Assembly (NCBI GenBank): GCA_951406725.2
Contig: OX597838.1
Coordinates: 25,916,001-25,980,000 of the forward strand
Direction of reading: 5' to 3'
From: Octopus vulgaris
Lineage: Eukaryota
Length of the DNA stretch: 64,000 nucleotides
Below the pieces are notes generated by a model that saw only the letters and a program-made list of their open reading frames with translations, made no database searches and was not told the origin of the DNA. Below, piece by piece: positions 59,570 through 64,000 of the stretch (the first letter of the stretch is position 1; each line of letters begins with the position of its first letter). Made by a program: the position numbers and the translations under genes.

Positions 59570-59890
59570 AAATGGTTTCCTATTCATCCTCAGTGTTTAT
59601 TATTCCTGTGAATCAGTCACATTCAAAGACTACTTTCTCTGTTAACCTTCCTGCAATTTCACTGAACCTCTTATGTGCCCATAGCATACACTGGGCACAC
59701 CATCTGGAATTCCTGCCTACTCCAAAATCAATTCCTCTGACCCCTTAACATCCCTTCTAGCCCTTCACTAATCACTATGCCCAGCTCTTCCAGCACATTG
59801 CCTCTCGAATTCCATATTTCTGCAAGGGCTGACATACAAAATTTCAAGAAGAACATTAAAGGCATCAATATCACTGCTCTTGCAAGACCT
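59570..59890 (+). mobile_element. Possible decayed CR1/L2-like LINE 3' end
   Basis: STLPLEFHISARADIQNFKKNIKGIN loosely resembles the WN.LP...FK.. C-terminal pattern. Confidence 0.3.
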
Positions 59891-60997
59891 GCAAAGGCCA
59901 AGGGCACACCTCTTCCTCCAGACCCAGCAAAAATAAGTCTCCTCTATAGCCTTTGCTCTTCCCAACCACATAGTAAAACTGAAAGGCTGAACCAATTATC
60001 TGTCCTAAAATAACTGCTCTTGTCCTTTCATAATGTATACCTCAGAGCAAAACTCCACTCTAAATTCAATGAAAAGTTTCAACCCATAGTCCTGTCCCTA
60101 TTTTCATCTATATCATTTACATTGTAAAGTGAGTCCCTCTAGACCTTGCTACCTTTGAGTCGAAGTTGGTTAATCGGTTTCATTGGCATGTAAGGGACCG
60201 AAATCACAACAATACCTCTGAATGGGATGCCAGTCCATCACATGGTTTAGTCATTCACACGGACACACACACTCGTGGTCTTCGTCGTACTCAGACTTAC
60301 TCCCCGGCAATAAACCGGCCGCACTCGTGCTCGATACTGAGAACTCGCCAAATTCACTCTATAATTTCTGACATTTTAACAGGTGTGCACATAAAAACAG
60401 TTGGCATAAGGTATTCCCACAGAGAGACAAGTGTTATTTACGAAGGTCAGCAATTGTGTTTGTATGACCTTACATATATAACCAAACACACCAATTGTTT
60501 AGCCATAGGTCATTCCTGACTAAGATGGCCTATGATCAAAGGCATTCCAACCATGACTATTTAGTCTATCTAGGAACATTTGGGATTGCATTAATGTCCT
60601 TCCCATTTTGCGTGAACCAGAGCAATGTGAAATGAAGGTGTTTTTGCTCGAGAATTCAACGCATTGCCCAGCCTGGGATTGTGAGAGCATCCTCACCACT
60701 AGGCCACATAGCCCTCACTGTCATTTATATATGATCTGCCTGACTACATCAACACAGCCAATGACTGTATTTGACATGTGGCCAGCCATAGATGAGTAAA
60801 CCAAGAGTTTAAAAACCTTGTTAATTATATTTGAAAACCAAGACCGCCAAACAATATATCTAATCGTTTAACATTCAGATTACTCTGTCAAATTATTTAT
60901 TCTCATTGCTTTGAATTAATCACACATTATCTCATGGTTTTGAAATTTTGATGAGGCAACATTAAATTTTAAAAATGATATTGTAGGCTAAGTTGTA

Positions 60998-61168
60998 GGC
61001 GCAGGAGTGGCTGTGTGGTAAGTAGCTTGCTAACCAACCACATGGTTCCGGGTTCAGTCCCACTGCATGGCATCTTGGGCAAGTGTCTTCTGCTATAACC
61101 CCGGGCCGGCCAATGCCTTGTGAGTGGATTTGGTAGACGGAAACTGAAAGAAGCCTGTCGTATATATG

Positions 61169-61199
<31 letters not shown>

Positions 61200-61412
61200 G
61201 TGTGTGTGTCTGTGTTTGTCCCCCCTAGCATTGCTTGAGAACCGATGCTGGTGTGTTTACGTCTCCGTCACTTAGTGGTTCGGCAAAAGAGACCGATAGA
61301 ATAAGTACTGGGCTTACAAAGAATAAGTCCCGGGGTCGATTTGCTCGACTAAAGGCGGTGCTCCAGCATGGCCGCAGTCAAATGACTGAAACAAGTAAAA
61401 GAGTAAAAGAGT
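60998..61412 (+). mobile_element. tRNA-derived SINE (family A), full length
   Basis: Near-identical to 57201-57640. Confidence 0.9.
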
Positions 61413-61442
61413 AAGTGTGAGAGGTCAGATGCAGCTAGTTAA

Positions 61443-61666
61443 ACCTTTTAGCATTCAGATTACTCTGTGAAAATTTAATGATTATTTATTCACATTGTTT
61501 TGAATTAATCCTGCATTATCTTGTAGCTTTAAGACTGATGTGGTAACTTACTTAATTTTTTAGAATGCCATTGTAGGGTAGGTGTAATGGGTCAGATCTG
61601 GCCAGTCTGAACATAGAACAAAGCAGAATATTCGGGCCTGATATTGCTGGTTGAAATGCTGAAGGG
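61443..61666. mobile_element. TTAA-flanked MITE (piggyBac-like)
   Basis: TTAA at both ends; imperfect TIR accttttagcatt / aatgctgaaggg; related sequence at about 50456 and 60868. Confidence 0.6.
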
Positions 61667-62558
61667 TTAATGAAGGTTATTCTATTTTAGAAAAACAAAT
61701 TACTGAATCTAAGGATGCACCATTTGAAAAGGAATTGGTTCAGATTACTTCGAAATTCCAGAGTTTTTGCAAACGCTACCATAATTTCTTTTGGTGTGTT
61801 CCAAGTGGTATGTGTACCCCACTGGTGTTGAGGTGTATGATTAGTGGAACCAGTTGCAATATTTTCTTAATAGCCATTTTATTGACTGTAGAATGGATGT
61901 AGGCAGAGCTGATTGTCCACAAGTGCACAGAATACAACACCAAGGTTGTAGAATATAATGGGGAGGAAGAGTGTGAGGAGGAGGAGGAGGAAAGAAAGGA
62001 GAAAAGGGAGAGAGAACAGAACAGAAGGAGTAAAGGAGAGAGAGAGAGAGAGAATAGAAGAATTAAAGAGAGAGAAAAAAGAGTAAGAGGTGAGAGAGAG
62101 GGAGGGAGGAGTACAGAAGGAGGAAAGCGGAGAGGAAAGAGAGCAGAGAAGTAAAGGGAGGGAAGTGAGTGTGCGTGTGCTTAAATAAATAAATAAATAA
62201 ATAAATAAGTGGCTATTTTGATGATAGATCACCATGGAGATATATGACATCAACCTAGACCACTTCCTCATATCTGACCTTTCTAACATGCTGCATGGTA
62301 TCCCCCCATATATAATGTATAGGAGAAGGAAAGGAAGTGAGGAAGAAGGGAGGGAGGGGAGAGAGAGAGAGAGAGAGAGAGAGAGGCTATAGAACAGCAG
62401 CAGCGATGATTATGTTTAATCACTCGTACATCATGACACCAGAATGCCAATAAATGTATTCCTGTCTCTTGAGATGAAAAATCTTTTGGTTTACAAGTGG
62501 TCTACAACACTATGGCATAGCAGTGTTACAGCAATGGAAATAAAGCAGTAAATAGATT

Positions 62559-62596
<38 letters not shown>

Positions 62597-62668
62597 CTTC
62601 CAGCTGAGCAATACCTTATAAGCGAAAATTTGGTAGCTAGAAACCAGAAAAGGTGTTGTGTATGTATG

Positions 62669-62710
<42 letters not shown>

Positions 62711-64000
62711 TAGATAGATAGATACACACACATATACATACATACATACACACATACATTCATACATACATACATACACACGTACATCTATATCTATAAG
62801 CATGTGCACACTTGCAAAACTTGCAAAATCACAGCATAGTTGGAAATTGGAAAAGGTGTTATGTATGTATAAATATACACACACACACACACACACACAC
62901 ATACCTATCTATCTATAAGTGCACACACTACTGCAAAACTTACAAGATCATAGAACAGACTAGTGGGTCACACTCGTGATTGGCAGCTAAACGTGTGATG
63001 TTTGACACACATTAAATGCAGAGAAAGAGGTATTGTAAAATTGTATGTATCCAATGAAACCTAGAAACAAGCTATAATTTCTGACATTTTAACAGGTGTG
63101 CACATAAAACAGTTGGCATAAGGTATTCCCACAGAGAGACAAGTGTCATTTACGAAGGTCAGCAATTGTGTTTGTATAATGTTACATATATAACCAAACA
63201 CACCAAATTGTTTAGCCATAGGTCATTCCTGACTAAGGTGGCCTATGATCAAAGGCATTCCAACCATGACTATTTAGTCTATCTAGGAACATTTGGGATT
63301 ACATTAATGTCCTTCCCATTTTGCTTTAAAGCAGAGCATGATTTCAGGGTGAGTTAACTGCTATTTCTAGCAAGCTGAGCAAGAGTTTCAAAGGTCCCCC
63401 TCGTTCTGTTGTTTGACTCAGTCTCCTATTTCATAACTGAAAAGTTAGAATTGAAGAAAACACAACAGTTGTTAATAGGGAGAGCATCCGTTGGGTTGTC
63501 AAAGTGCCAGTGAATCAACCAAGATGCGGATGAAAATGCTATCAGACATCTTGAGATGACCAACTTGGAGATTAGTGAGAAGTTGCCAACTTTAGGGTGT
63601 AAAGTAACCAAAGATTGCTTCACAAGAAACATACCCATAATCATCATCATTTAACGTCTGTCTCCATGCTTGCATGAGTTGGACAGTTTGACAAGGGGCT
63701 GGCTAGTCAGAGAGCTGTACCAGGCTCCATTTGTCCACCTTGACAAGGTTTCTACAGCTGGATGCCCTTCCTAATGCCAGCCACTTTACAGAGTGTACTG
63801 GGTGCTTTTCAATTGGCACCAGCACAGGTGCTTTTTACGTGGCACCAATACCAGCAGGGTCAGCAAGAAATATGGTCCACAGTCATAGGTTTCAGAGCTC
63901 AAGCCAAAAACACTGCACCTTAAGCAACTATCCTCCATCACAGTGTTCGGTTGACTTGACCCTTAAGCGAAACAGAAGGGACAGAAATTATGAAGAAGCC

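Overview
Eukaryotic, AT-rich, microsatellite- and SINE-dense DNA; the repeat families suggest an octopus/coleoid cephalopod (inference). The window is almost entirely one minus-strand gene for the sarco/endoplasmic reticulum Ca2+-ATPase (SERCA, ATP2A family). I assembled 21 coding exons per transcript (57971 down to 9055; 2841 nt, 946 aa plus stop), all joining in frame. The first roughly 73 codons (exons 1-3) were not found and presumably lie beyond position 64000. Three splicing features stand out. (1) A duplicated 134-nt exon pair (22186-22319 and 19607-19740) encodes alternative luminal L7-8 loops with an identical M8 segment and must be mutually exclusive to keep the frame. (2) A 954-nt minor-spliceosome AT-AC intron (28556-29509) splits the P domain. 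(3) C-termini are alternative: a SERCA2b-like hydrophobic read-through tail versus candidate short spliced ends. The introns around the exon pair carry candidate regulatory signals (QKI-type and RBFOX-type motifs, sense-strand hairpins, an inverted SINE pair). The rest is SINEs, two non-autonomous Helitrons, MITEs, LINE relics and tandem repeats. Most ORFs in the supplied track are microsatellite artefacts.
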